IMG/VR virus record: IMGVR_UViG_3300002143_000235
Location: 249,709-313,708 of that record
DNA: 64,000 nucleotides
Strand: one strand, 5' to 3'
The notes below the pieces were generated by a model, which saw only the letters and a program-made list of their open reading frames with translations, was not told the origin of the DNA and made no database searches. Shown here piece after piece: positions 11,974-22,985 of the stretch. Within the stretch, counting starts at the first letter, position 1. The number at the start of each line of letters is the position of its first letter. The translations under genes were made by a program, and so were the position numbers.

Positions 11974-12564
11974 ATGGAAGAATATAGAATAGATCGATCA
12001 GGTCGTGTTTGGACCAAAATGCAATATGTCTTAGCAAACAATCCAAACCATGCTATTAGTACCATTGGAATGAATGCTAAATGGGATGCGCTTACTCCAG
12101 TAAACATTCAAGCATATGATTCGAAAGCTGACACACTTGAACACATCAAACATGTGAATACGTTCTTGTTAAATTCAGCACATGAAATAATTGAACGTGC
12201 TAAGAAACATGATAACTCGAAACTTGATGGGATTGAGAAAGAATTGTTTGACAAGGAGACACCAGTTCTTAAAGGATTAACATATGGTTCACCAGAGTAT
12301 AAAGATTCATTAACAAGATTGAAACCAGCGCTTGACAATCATTACGCGAACAACTCACATCACCCGGAACATTGGAGTAATGGCATTGATGGAATGGACC
12401 TGTTTGATATTCTGGAAATGTTAAATGACTGGAAGGCTGCAACAATGCGCACAGCTGATGGTGACATCGTTAAGTCACTTGAAATTAACAAAACGCGATT
12501 CAATATTTCTGATCAAATGCAACAGATCTTATTGAACACTGTTGAACGTTACGGTTGGTTATAA
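11974..12564 (+). CDS. DUF5662-like HD-superfamily protein
   Basis: HDNSK, HYANNSHHPEHW and DILEMLNDWKAA motifs. Confidence 0.65.
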   Translation: MEEYRIDRSGRVWTKMQYVLANNPNHAISTIGMNAKWDALTPVNIQAYDSKADTLEHIKHVNTFLLNSAHEIIERAKKHDNSKLDGIEKELFDKETPVLKGLTYGSPEYKDSLTRLKPALDNHYANNSHHPEHWSNGIDGMDLFDILEMLNDWKAATMRTADGDIVKSLEINKTRFNISDQMQQILLNTVERYGWL

Positions 12565-12581
12565 ATAAAACAAGAACAAAT

Positions 12582-13145
12582 ATGCTGAAATCATTAGAAA
12601 CACCAATGCAACGAAAGTTGTTTTTTACTCAACAGGTGACACAGGCTTCTATTTCTGATCTTACACAAAAGATTATTGAGATAAATGACAATGATGAAAA
12701 ACTTGAACAAGTTACAAACATTTATGGTATGCACTATGAACGTTTACCAATTGAGATTTATATCGATAGTTATGGTGGTGCTGTTTATCCATGTTTTGGT
12801 TTATTATCAGTTATAGAAAATAGTGTAACACCAATTCATACAATTGTTACAGGTTCTGCAATGAGTTGTGGATTTTTAATTTTACTTAGTGGACATTTAC
12901 GTTTTGCTTATAAACTATCTACAGCAATGTATCATCAAGTATCTAGCGCAACTGGTGGTAAATTAAAAGATATGCAAGAAGATTTAGAGGAAACTGAACG
13001 GTTGCAACAAATTATTAATGATCACACGTTTAGTAAAACAAACATAACACAAAAAAAATTAGATAAAAATTTTAACGGAAAGAAAAATTGGTTCATTGCC
13101 GGTGAAGACCTTATCAAATTAGGAATTGTGGACAAAATTATTTAA
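12582..13145 (+). CDS. clpP: ClpP-like ATP-dependent protease proteolytic subunit
   Basis: IYIDSYGG, GSAMSCG (catalytic Ser), MYHQVS (His), LGIVDKII; ATG at 12582 preferred. Confidence 0.85.
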   Translation: MLKSLETPMQRKLFFTQQVTQASISDLTQKIIEINDNDEKLEQVTNIYGMHYERLPIEIYIDSYGGAVYPCFGLLSVIENSVTPIHTIVTGSAMSCGFLILLSGHLRFAYKLSTAMYHQVSSATGGKLKDMQEDLEETERLQQIINDHTFSKTNITQKKLDKNFNGKKNWFIAGEDLIKLGIVDKII

Positions 13146-13636
13146 TGTCACGATATCTGTATAGAAGTACAGCATTTAATATGCTTAATGTTGAACACGA
13201 GTTTGATGTGCTATGTTATCGTAAATCAAAATTTGAACAATTATTACGTGGTGTAGTTGATCAGTATAATGTTGAACAGACTGATGTTATGTATATTTCA
13301 ATTCTAAATGTTGGTGATGATACAGGCTATTTCAAGAAGAATTTTCAAAATGTTCTAGTATTGCATTTTGATGATATCACTGATGTCAGGTCTGATTTGG
13401 CATTTAATCAAGATCATGCCGAACAAATAATCGATTTCATTATCAAGAATAAGTATAAATCAGAATGTATGGTACATTGTTCTGCTGGAATTAGTCGTTC
13501 TGGAGCTGTTGGTCAATTTATTAATGCGTGTTTTGGCGTAAATAATGATTATTTTTTAAATATGAATGTCAACGTCAGACCAAATCCGATGATACTAGAA
13601 ACATTAGAAGAAGTTTTCAATAAATTAAATAAATAA
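13145..13636 (+). CDS. Protein tyrosine/dual-specificity phosphatase-like protein
   Basis: VHCSAGISRSGA (CX5R), LHFDD and RPNP. Confidence 0.85.
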   Translation: MSRYLYRSTAFNMLNVEHEFDVLCYRKSKFEQLLRGVVDQYNVEQTDVMYISILNVGDDTGYFKKNFQNVLVLHFDDITDVRSDLAFNQDHAEQIIDFIIKNKYKSECMVHCSAGISRSGAVGQFINACFGVNNDYFLNMNVNVRPNPMILETLEEVFNKLNK

Positions 13637-14928
13637 TTAATAATGATTTACAACAATATAAAAATTACAACAACCATGAGTGAAGAAAACAAATCACTCT
13701 TTATTACATCATTCAAAAACACTAAACGTGAAACTGGTGTTTGTTACGGTGCATATTTTGATGAAGATCCATGCATGGTGGGATTGTTTGCTACCAGTAA
13801 ACATATTGCATTCGCAATTACTGATATATACGTACTTGATGACGAGATGTTTATGGATATCAAAATATTATCAACATTCAATGGTAAGAAACTGAAAGAA
13901 CGCTTGCTTGGTAAACATGAATTTGGTGTAGATTTGCATACGGCAACATATGCCCAAATCACTGTAGATAAACAAGACATATCTACAGTCAGTAAATTTA
14001 TATCAATTAACATCAGCGAAACATATGTTGAAACTGATACAACATGTGGTGTCGTAGCTACAACCAGTACAATCAGTCAGGATCACTACGAACTCAAAGA
14101 ATCCGAATTAAACAATGTGGCATTTGATCCGTTTGAAAGCACTGATGATCTTGATATAAAGGCATTGGATTTTTTACAGATGAAATTAAATCTTGTGGAT
14201 ACGATGTATAACGCGTTCAAACGAGAAGATGATAAACCATATTTTCATCTTGATTTTTTACTACAAAAATACTTAGGTATGAGTCAGGCTGACATTGATA
14301 AGATGAAGAATACTGAAAAATAATTTACATGGGATGCATTTAGCATCCCATTTTTTTCTATCTTTGTAATATAAAACAATCAAATGAACCAAATAATTTC
14401 AAATAAACGCATGTGGGTGATTATGTCAAAAGATAGAACACTTATAGCAAAAGGAACAACGTATCGTCATTTAGTATCAGTGTCAAACAAAAGAGATGAG
14501 AAAAAAATCTTGACATATCGTTCTAAAGCTACTGCAGAAAATGCTTTTAAAAAATATGATTGGTTTTATGATACAGAATTAATTACAAATTATGATTCTA
14601 GTAAACCATTATCAGAATACTTAGAAGCTGTTGAGGTTTCGTTTAAAGTTGAAATTTTATAAATATGGAAACAATTTATCGTATGGAATTTGATTATGGT
14701 CGTATGGGATCATTATCTGGATTATTTATTGCAGAAAGTGATGAGATTGATACATTAATAACATCTGAACGCGAAATCAACTTTGGTGAAATTTTAGGTA
14801 AACATTCAGACGTATGTTGTTCACTAACTCGCAGTGATATTGATGTTATATCATCTGATCCCGCTGACATTGAGTTTTTTAAAAGACTTAATCTTCAAAC
14901 TGGTTATAATCCACTTGATTTCCTATCT

Positions 14929-14970
14929 GAAGAAGATTATGAAGAAGAAGATTATGAAGAAGAAGATTAT
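14929..14970 (+). repeat. 15-bp tandem repeat (EEEDY) inside ORF 14665-15342
   Basis: (GAA)GAAGAAGATTAT x3. Confidence 0.8.
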
Positions 14971-15331
14971 AACGATGAAGACAATGATATAGAAGACGAA
15001 CCTTCACCCGAAGAACAGTTGTTAAAAATACTTTCTGATGAAAATTATAATTCATTTCATAATCGTACAAAATATGAAAATCTTTTAACAAAATGTACCC
15101 AAGCAATTGAAAAGTACCCAATGTATGTTGGATTTAAACTGTTGATTATTGATGTCGAATGCCGACGTTTAGATTATGCAACGTTTGAATACTTAGAGAT
15201 GCAAAAGAAACCAAATGTTCTTAAACCATCTCATTGGACACCAGAGTGGATTGCAGAAAGAGAAATTGAATACAAACAACAATCAGAAAAACGTTGGGCA
15301 CAAAGTATTATTGATAAAGAAAAGTTATTGA

Positions 15332-15793
15332 ATGAAAATTAATGTACTCAGTAAAATAGAGTTTGAAGATCTCATGATCAACAAAAATATCGATGATTCT
15401 AATGTTGAATCGTTAGATACTATCATGTTCATTAGTATTCTCAATACAGATAGCGTTGGTGATAATATAGGTCATTTTAAACACAATCATAAAAATGTAT
15501 TGATTCTAAATTTTGATGATGTTGAATTTGATATTATTGATACTGATATAAAAGCTGTTGCTTTTACAGAAGAACAAGGACATCAATTGATGTCTTTTAT
15601 TGATAGCAACAAGGATAAAAATCAGTGTATAGTACATTGTTCTGCTGGTATTAGTAGATCAGGTGCTGTAGGAGCATTTATAAGCGATTACTTTAATCAA
15701 AGTTATGCAAGCTTTAAAAAAATTAATCCATACACTAAACCAAATCCTAGAGTCATGCGTATAATGAACAGAATTTTAAGACAAAAAGAATAA
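15332..15793 (+). CDS. Protein tyrosine/dual-specificity phosphatase-like protein (paralog of 13145-13636)
   Basis: VHCSAGISRSGA, LNFDD and KPNP. Confidence 0.85.
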   Translation: MKINVLSKIEFEDLMINKNIDDSNVESLDTIMFISILNTDSVGDNIGHFKHNHKNVLILNFDDVEFDIIDTDIKAVAFTEEQGHQLMSFIDSNKDKNQCIVHCSAGISRSGAVGAFISDYFNQSYASFKKINPYTKPNPRVMRIMNRILRQKE

Positions 15794-16227
15794 TGGAACC
15801 GATATTTACATGTGTGATTATTTACGATCTAAAGGTTATGCTGTAGATTGGATGGGATTAACGGTTAATCAAATGATTAATTACGGCTGGATTAAATTAC
15901 AAGAAGAACAATAAATTATGATTATTAAACCAATTACACCAGAAGAACTGGACGATATTATTCCAATTCCTGATTTTGTTATCGAAGCAATAAACAATCT
16001 TATTAAAAAAAATTATCGTGGGTCATCTTTTACTATTAAATTACAAGAAATTGTACAAGCAATTATTGCAAATAGTAGGGGTTCTATTACACAAGATAAA
16101 ATCTATGCTGAAAAATGGCTTGATTTTGAATACATTTATCGTAAAAATGGTTGGAATGTTATTTATGATAAACCAGGATATGATGAAACATATGATGCAT
16201 TTTTTAAATTTTCAAAACAAAAATAAT

Positions 16228-16821
16228 ATGAAAAAAATAATTATCATGTTGACAATATTATTGTCAACAATCTGTCTTGGACAGACATCGTATGAGTATC
16301 CAACTGAAGAGATACCAGTAAATAAATTGAATGCTGATTCACGTATTGTGTTACACTATGGCTATGAAAATATTTTGGCTATGGATTCAATTGATTTTGA
16401 AATAGCTAAATACTATTTAACAGAATCATATACAATGGATGTTATTGGATTTGATATTGAACATTTTGATATTACAAAATACGAAAGATATCGTTCTGAT
16501 TCAATTTATAACACACATTTTTTATTAAGTGGTGGTGTACAAGTTGTGTTTATTCCTCGTAGTATGATGACTTACAAAGTCAAACCTACATTTGAGTATA
16601 CATTTATCATATATAATGTACAGACAACAAGCATTGCAAAAAATGTTTACAATGAACTTTATAAGATTTTATCTAAAGATATTGTAAATTATTTATTTAC
16701 GAAAAATGTATTTACATTTCAATCTACAAAAAATATGAGTGAAATCTATTTTAGTGAATCAATGAGTAATGCTGGATATGTCGTAAAAGATTTTAATAAA
16801 AAACTTATCTTAAAACAATAA
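16228..16821 (+). CDS. Secreted hypothetical protein
   Basis: Signal peptide MKKIIIMLTILLSTICLG-Q; start at 16228 rather than 16018. Confidence 0.6.
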   Translation: MKKIIIMLTILLSTICLGQTSYEYPTEEIPVNKLNADSRIVLHYGYENILAMDSIDFEIAKYYLTESYTMDVIGFDIEHFDITKYERYRSDSIYNTHFLLSGGVQVVFIPRSMMTYKVKPTFEYTFIIYNVQTTSIAKNVYNELYKILSKDIVNYLFTKNVFTFQSTKNMSEIYFSESMSNAGYVVKDFNKKLILKQ

Positions 16822-16823
16822 CT

Positions 16824-17807
16824 ATGAAAAGCTTAAAATTATTTTTGTATGCTTTGATGTTGTGGTTCTCAATCGGAACAGCAGCAGCACAAACAGTATA
16901 TCCATCAACAGAACAATTCAATCCTGGAACGACTTGGACCTTTAACAATGGCTCAGGTGTGCAAAATTATGGTCCGCCTGAAAATTTTGCAACAACTAAT
17001 GTTGGAACAACTCCATATCCGAATGGAGCAAATATTACAATTACAAGTCCTACAATGAATTTAACAAATTGTTTAGGTGTTTTAACTGTTTCATTTCCTC
17101 TTACTGGAATTATTGAGAATGGATGGGATTTTCTACGTTTTCAATATCAAATAGGTGCAGGTCCATGGATTACAGTACAATCTTTTACTGGTAATCAAAA
17201 TGCAACTTTTAGTTATACTTCTCCAACAATTCCAAATACCGCAACACAATTTCGATTTTTATTACAAACAGACAACACAGTTAATACTTACACAACTGGT
17301 CCATGGTGGAATCCCACTACTAATGTTTACTATTATGATATAGCATATTTTAGAATTACCTGTAGTGCAGTTCTTCCTATTGAACTCGTTTCATTTAAAG
17401 GCGTATTTAATCAAAAATCAAATAATAATGATCTGACTTGGATTACTGAATCAGAACGTGATAATGATTACTTTACAATTGAAAGACGTGCAAATGATTT
17501 AGATGGAACCTGGGTAAATATAGCAACAATTAATGGTGCAGGCAACTCAATTGTTACATCCAATTACTTATTTCAAGACAATGAATATACAAGTAATGTG
17601 ATTAACTATTACCGCATTTCACAAACTGATTACGATGGTAAAAAAGAAGTATTTGATGATATGATTATTGCTATTGATAATCGAGATAAATATAAAAAAA
17701 TTATTAAGATAGTTAATATTTTAGGTCAAGAAATTAAATCAGATACACCTGGTGTTGTAATTTATATTTACGAAGACAATACAATTAAACGTTTTGTTAA
17801 TATGTAA
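16824..17807 (+). CDS. Secreted Bacteroidota-type protein with LPIELVSF module and T9SS CTD-like tail
   Basis: Signal peptide ending AAA-Q; LPIELVSF...LTWITESERDNDYFTIER...YYRISQTDYDG; terminal IIKIVNILGQEI. Confidence 0.7.
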   Translation: MKSLKLFLYALMLWFSIGTAAAQTVYPSTEQFNPGTTWTFNNGSGVQNYGPPENFATTNVGTTPYPNGANITITSPTMNLTNCLGVLTVSFPLTGIIENGWDFLRFQYQIGAGPWITVQSFTGNQNATFSYTSPTIPNTATQFRFLLQTDNTVNTYTTGPWWNPTTNVYYYDIAYFRITCSAVLPIELVSFKGVFNQKSNNNDLTWITESERDNDYFTIERRANDLDGTWVNIATINGAGNSIVTSNYLFQDNEYTSNVINYYRISQTDYDGKKEVFDDMIIAIDNRDKYKKIIKIVNILGQEIKSDTPGVVIYIYEDNTIKRFVNM

Positions 17808-17864
17808 ACTAATATACTAAACAAGAAAGCCTTTGCTCAATATAAAAACAAAGGCTTTCTTATT

Positions 17865-18203
17865 ATGAAACAATATCTTTATCACATTACACCCATACGA
17901 AACATTCACAATATTCAACAAGAAGGTATTATTCCTGCAGCTAATAATAGTGGAATCACCACAAGTTATGGAAAAAAACATAATACTGTATTTCTTACAA
18001 ATGATGTAGAACGAATTCTTGTTACACAATGTGGATCGGATTGGTTAGAACATAATCCAGTTGCAATTCTAGTTATTGATATAGAAGGATTAGATATAAA
18101 ACCACATGAGTATCACGGTGGTGGAACTTATACAATTTCAGATTTTGAATACACAACAGGCACGATTACACCTGATCGCATTGTTGAGATCAAGTATGTA
18201 TAA
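17865..18203 (+). CDS. ADP-ribosyltransferase-fold (Tpt1/DarT-like) small protein
   Basis: LYHIT...NIHNIQQEGI and VFLT motifs of the H-type ART fold. Confidence 0.45.
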   Translation: MKQYLYHITPIRNIHNIQQEGIIPAANNSGITTSYGKKHNTVFLTNDVERILVTQCGSDWLEHNPVAILVIDIEGLDIKPHEYHGGGTYTISDFEYTTGTITPDRIVEIKYV

Positions 18204-18243
18204 TTTGGTGATATTTAATATATAAGAAAACAACTTTTATATC

Positions 18244-18729
18244 ATGTATACAACTATAAATGAATGGAAAATGAATGAAAATTCTTCTAATATTGAATCA
18301 TTTTTATCATTAGAAGAATTAGAGCGAATTCATAATCAATTAGTACATTATAATTATAAAATAATTGATTCATCTACTATTGAATTTACTGCTAATGAAA
18401 CAATTGAAATTGATGGAACAGATATTCAAGGATTAGAAAATGTAATAGATATTGGATATATTTATAAATTTCAATATAATCAATCCGAAACAACATTAAC
18501 AGTTGATTTTATATGTGATGCTTCTCAAAAAGATGTTAATTGGACATGGAATTATAATAATCATAATGTAATCACGATTGAAGGTTCTATTGAGTCTACA
18601 ATTTTTGATTATCTTGATGATACATCAGAAATACAAGATGCAGATCACGACGCTGTTGAATCTCTTAGAAAATATATGGAGGAAGATGACAATTATGATT
18701 ATGAACCTGAAATGGCTGATTTATATTAA
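18244..18729 (+). CDS. Putative internal head protein with CTS-like N-terminus
   Basis: MYTTINEWKMNE; acidic; upstream AATATATAA. Confidence 0.45.
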   Translation: MYTTINEWKMNENSSNIESFLSLEELERIHNQLVHYNYKIIDSSTIEFTANETIEIDGTDIQGLENVIDIGYIYKFQYNQSETTLTVDFICDASQKDVNWTWNYNNHNVITIEGSIESTIFDYLDDTSEIQDADHDAVESLRKYMEEDDNYDYEPEMADLY

Positions 18730-18794
18730 GAAATAATTTGAATACTAAACATGAAAGGGTTTATTCTGTATAAGAGTAAACCCTTTTTCATGCT

Positions 18795-20438
18795 TTGAAA
18801 TTAGAATACCTTCCAGAATACGAACGCATAAAGATACACACAGCTGATAATACTGAGCTTAGAGGTATAAAATCATACCTTAACAGATATGTTGATGGTT
18901 ACATGTTTGATCCAATGTTTAAGAATAAACTATGGAACGGAAAACGAACACAGTACCATGAGGAAACTAACACCATCCCACTTGGACTTTGGAAAGAGAT
19001 ATTTAAGTGTTGTGAAGAATTCGGTTATCCATTTCAATTTACAAATAAAGAAGAATTTCCTATCAATCGTGAAATCAAGAAAGCTGACTTTATCAAGTTT
19101 ATCGATGAGTTCTTTGATGGATATATGATTGATGGTATTCCATTTAAACCTCGTGATTATCAAATCCGTGTTGCATTAAATATTCTTAAGAATCGTTACT
19201 GTAATATTGCTGTTGCTACATCTGGTGGAAAGACACTCATTTACTCGCTTGTGATGTTCTATTTAATGTCAAGGTATCCAAACCGTAAGTTTCTTCTTGT
19301 TGTGCCTTCTAAGACGCTCGTAACACAGTTTTACGATGATGTGAGCGCATTTAACTGGAGAAATCAACTTGATATCAATGCACTGGAAATATTTGCTGAA
19401 AATGAAAAACCAAGACAAACTGATCTTGAAAGAGAACCAAACTTTGTCATTGCTACATTCCAGTCATTGACTTATGAAGAGAAAGTACCAGATCCAAAAG
19501 CACGTAACAAAACAAAGACCCGAACAATTTTGAAATATGAAAAAAATTGGTTTAAACAGTTTTGGTCTGTTGTTGTTGATGAAGCGCACCGTGGTAAATC
19601 GGAATCATATTCTAAGAAAATTCTTAAATATACACTTAATAATGCTTATTACCGTTGGGGAATGTCTGGTTCATATCCTGATGAATCCACCTACGAGATG
19701 ATGGAAATCATGGCAAAAACTGGTCCAATTGTAGATACTGTAAAAGCACGTGTTCTTATGGATGAGGGATTCATTACACCTGTTAAAATTCGTGGTGTAT
19801 TGATGAAGCATAACGATTTTGAATTTACTGAACAACTAAAACTTGTTGCGAGTCGTGATAAGAAATCTGCATATGATCTTGAATGTACTAAAATACAAGA
19901 GTCTGAACAACGGTTATTGGTTATAAATAAAATTGTATCACAATGTAAATCAAACACACTTGTTCTTTTTCATAACACAGAATATGGACAGAAATTGCTT
20001 GCATACTTATCTGAACGGAATCCGGATATGGAATTTCATTATATTGATGGAAGTGTCAATAATAAAAAACGTAGTGTAATTAAACTTGCAATGGAAGATA
20101 CAAGCAAGGTAAAAATTCTTGTTGCGTCATTTGGGTGTTTATCAACAGGTGTGTCAATCAAGGCAATAACAAATATTATCTTTACACAATCATTTAAGAA
20201 AGAACAAGTAATCATTCAATCAATTGGTCGTGCACTTCGTCTTCATGCTGAAAAATCAATGGCATATATTTTTGATCTTGTTGATATTTTTAATGAAGAT
20301 GATTTTGCATCCAGGTATAAATTGACATTTAAAAATATACTTGCTACACACTTTGACAAACGATGCAAGATATATCAATCTGAACAATACCCGTACTCAT
20401 TTATTGAAATGAATTTAAAATCACCATACGACGATTAA
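18795..20438 (+). CDS. uvsW: UvsW-like SF2 DNA helicase
   Basis: PRDYQ, ATSGGKT, VVVDEAH, STGVSI, QSIGRALR; TTG start. Confidence 0.85.
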   Translation: MKLEYLPEYERIKIHTADNTELRGIKSYLNRYVDGYMFDPMFKNKLWNGKRTQYHEETNTIPLGLWKEIFKCCEEFGYPFQFTNKEEFPINREIKKADFIKFIDEFFDGYMIDGIPFKPRDYQIRVALNILKNRYCNIAVATSGGKTLIYSLVMFYLMSRYPNRKFLLVVPSKTLVTQFYDDVSAFNWRNQLDINALEIFAENEKPRQTDLEREPNFVIATFQSLTYEEKVPDPKARNKTKTRTILKYEKNWFKQFWSVVVDEAHRGKSESYSKKILKYTLNNAYYRWGMSGSYPDESTYEMMEIMAKTGPIVDTVKARVLMDEGFITPVKIRGVLMKHNDFEFTEQLKLVASRDKKSAYDLECTKIQESEQRLLVINKIVSQCKSNTLVLFHNTEYGQKLLAYLSERNPDMEFHYIDGSVNNKKRSVIKLAMEDTSKVKILVASFGCLSTGVSIKAITNIIFTQSFKKEQVIIQSIGRALRLHAEKSMAYIFDLVDIFNEDDFASRYKLTFKNILATHFDKRCKIYQSEQYPYSFIEMNLKSPYDD

Positions 20439-21106
20439 TATGTATTTACCAAAGATGAAAAATGGATGGCCTAACATAATGAATTTACCAAGTGTTAAGC
20501 CAATTTTAGCGATACAATCATATACACATGTAATTGACGGTATCGAGTATGAATTCATTCACTTAAATGATGGGCGATTTGTAAAATCATATGTGGAAGA
20601 ATTAGTAGGAAGTACAAGTAAAATGTATAATACTGTACCCTCAACAAAAGAAGAATTTAAACGATATAAGCCATGAGCATGACATTTACACCAAGAACAG
20701 GACCATCAATGGTTACAAAGATACATTATAAAAAATTTCGTATTCCACGAAAAAAGAAGAAAGCACTCAAGAAGAGAATGCAATACGAGAAGGAACCATT
20801 GCTCAGACAGGAACTACTTAAACGAATAACTGAAGCAGCTCACGCTATCACTAAATACGGCCGAATAAGCAAAGCTGATTATGTATTCCCTAACCCTGTG
20901 TATGCGCCATATCTTCCAATGGTTGAAACAATTCAAATAGACCCAAAAAATTTAGATATATCTAAATACAGTCGATATGTATCCGGAACATTTTACATAC
21001 CACCATCTCAAGAGATTATAATTGATATAAAAAATAATATGTATTGAATTAGTGATAAAATACGTCACTTGTTTTGTATATCATTTATTTTTTATATATT
21101 CGTGTT

Positions 21107-21727
21107 ATGAAAACAGGTAATGATTATTCAATAAATGAAATAGCAGAACAATTCAAAGACATTATTAGTCGTGATGAATTGTTTGCACTCATGCTTAAAC
21201 TTAAACAAAGTTCTGAATTTGGAATGCTTACAAATTGGCCATTATTATTGTCAACATTAGGTACTGTTTATAATATTGATCGGCCATTTTATGTTGCTAA
21301 AGAATACACGCTTGAGAACATGGGTCCGCATTATTTTATTGATAGTAATAATATTTTCTGTTTTGGTTCAAATACAGAAGGTAGACATGATGGTGGTGCA
21401 GCACTGTTTGCTGAAGACAACCTTGGTGCAATTTATGGACAAGCTCGTGGATTGCAAGGAAATTCATATGCAATTGTAACTATTGATTATACCGGAAACA
21501 ATAGTGTAACACTTGATACAATTGCTGAAGAAATAAATGAATTGTTTAAATTTGCACTTGAGAATCCTCAATTGAAATTTTATGTAACAAAAATTGGAAC
21601 AGGTATTTCTAAGTATAATATTCTTGATATTGCTAATTTATTTAAAAACAAAATTATTCCAACTAATATTATTTTACCTATAGAATTTGTAAATAGTGAT
21701 AACATAACACGTTTCAGATTCTTATAA
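21107..21727 (+). CDS. Macrodomain-like phage protein
   Basis: IFCFGSNTEGRHDGGAA, GQARGLQGNSYAI and FYVTKIGTGI. Confidence 0.6.
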   Translation: MKTGNDYSINEIAEQFKDIISRDELFALMLKLKQSSEFGMLTNWPLLLSTLGTVYNIDRPFYVAKEYTLENMGPHYFIDSNNIFCFGSNTEGRHDGGAALFAEDNLGAIYGQARGLQGNSYAIVTIDYTGNNSVTLDTIAEEINELFKFALENPQLKFYVTKIGTGISKYNILDIANLFKNKIIPTNIILPIEFVNSDNITRFRFL

Positions 21728-21737
21728 AACATTTACT

Positions 21738-22493
21738 ATGAAAAACATACACATAATTCCTACAGATAAACCAAGTAAAATATATTCTAAAGACCATAAT
21801 TATAAGTTAGCTAATAGTACTATAGCTATGGATTGGTATATATCATCAGTTGGTTATAAACCTCAAAACATCTACATCACTTCTGATGAAGAAATTAAAA
21901 ATGGAGATAGTGTTATTTTAAAAAATGGTAGATTAACTAAAGCAGAAACACGACATGGAACATTAGGGTTTCAAACTATTGATGGTATTGCATTTTTATA
22001 CTTTCAAGATGGTGATAAAAAAATTATCATAACAACAGACAAATATTTGATTGCTGTTGGTGTACAAGCTATTCCTGATGAGTTTTTAGAATGGTTTGTT
22101 AAAAATACACGTTGTGAGAGTGTTAAAGTTGAAAGTGTTTGTTTAGATGAAACATCTTTTATGTATAATATTATTACTTATGAAATAATCATTACAGAAG
22201 AAGAAATTAACCCATTTGAATTACCAAAAGCATTACCTGATGATGTTTTTAATGAATTTTTAGAACATAAACAGGAAACTCTTGCACAAGCTGCTCAAAA
22301 TTATTTACATAAAGTAGCCGATGGTTTAAGGACTACAGGTTATGCGGACGAAGATTTTGTAGAAGATGCTAAATGGCAAGCAAAAAACATGTATAGTGAA
22401 GAAGAAGTTTTAGAATTTCTTAACTTTTGGACAGACGCAAGTAAAGAGTGGGGGTTAGCTTCTGCATGGTTTGAACAATTTAAAAAGAAGTAG
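21738..22493 (+). CDS. Hypothetical phage protein
   Basis: 251-aa ORF; MKNIHIIPTDKPS / IYITSDEEIK type that I recall from Flavobacteria phages. Confidence 0.5.
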   Translation: MKNIHIIPTDKPSKIYSKDHNYKLANSTIAMDWYISSVGYKPQNIYITSDEEIKNGDSVILKNGRLTKAETRHGTLGFQTIDGIAFLYFQDGDKKIIITTDKYLIAVGVQAIPDEFLEWFVKNTRCESVKVESVCLDETSFMYNIITYEIIITEEEINPFELPKALPDDVFNEFLEHKQETLAQAAQNYLHKVADGLRTTGYADEDFVEDAKWQAKNMYSEEEVLEFLNFWTDASKEWGLASAWFEQFKKK

Positions 22494-22496
22494 TAA

Positions 22497-22985
22497 TTGA
22501 AAAATATTCATGCAATGATAGAATTACCAACACGTATACATTTTGATCCAAAAGACTTGACTCGCAAACACCAAGAGCAGCGTTCATGGAAACGTGTTGT
22601 CCTTTGTGAAACAGATTGTGACATAGAGTCTTATTATGCATGGTTTCTTAAAAAACGTTTCAATTTAAAATTGAATGCACCAATGCGTGGTGCTCATATT
22701 ACAATTGTAAATGATAAAGTGCCTGATATTGAATTATTTAATCAAATGCGAGAATTATTTCACAACAAGGAATTGATTTTTAAATTTGATCCATCAGAGA
22801 TTCGATCAAATGCACGACACTGGTGGATGCGTGTTCATTGTGAGGATGTTGCAAATATTAGAACAGTGCTTGGACTTGATCCAAAACCACATTTTGGATT
22901 ACATATGACTATTGGAATGGTAAATGATAAGAACTTATTTCATTCTCAATATATTCACGATACTATAATGCGTTACAGTTTATAA
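22497..22985 (+). CDS. 2H phosphoesterase superfamily protein
   Basis: Two HxT motifs (AHITIV, LHMTIG) about 70 aa apart. Confidence 0.7.
   Translation: MKNIHAMIELPTRIHFDPKDLTRKHQEQRSWKRVVLCETDCDIESYYAWFLKKRFNLKLNAPMRGAHITIVNDKVPDIELFNQMRELFHNKELIFKFDPSEIRSNARHWWMRVHCEDVANIRTVLGLDPKPHFGLHMTIGMVNDKNLFHSQYIHDTIMRYSL

Noticed and set aside
14929-14970. EEEDY tandem repeat as a functional array
   Set aside because: Simple in-frame low-complexity slippage in an acidic linker
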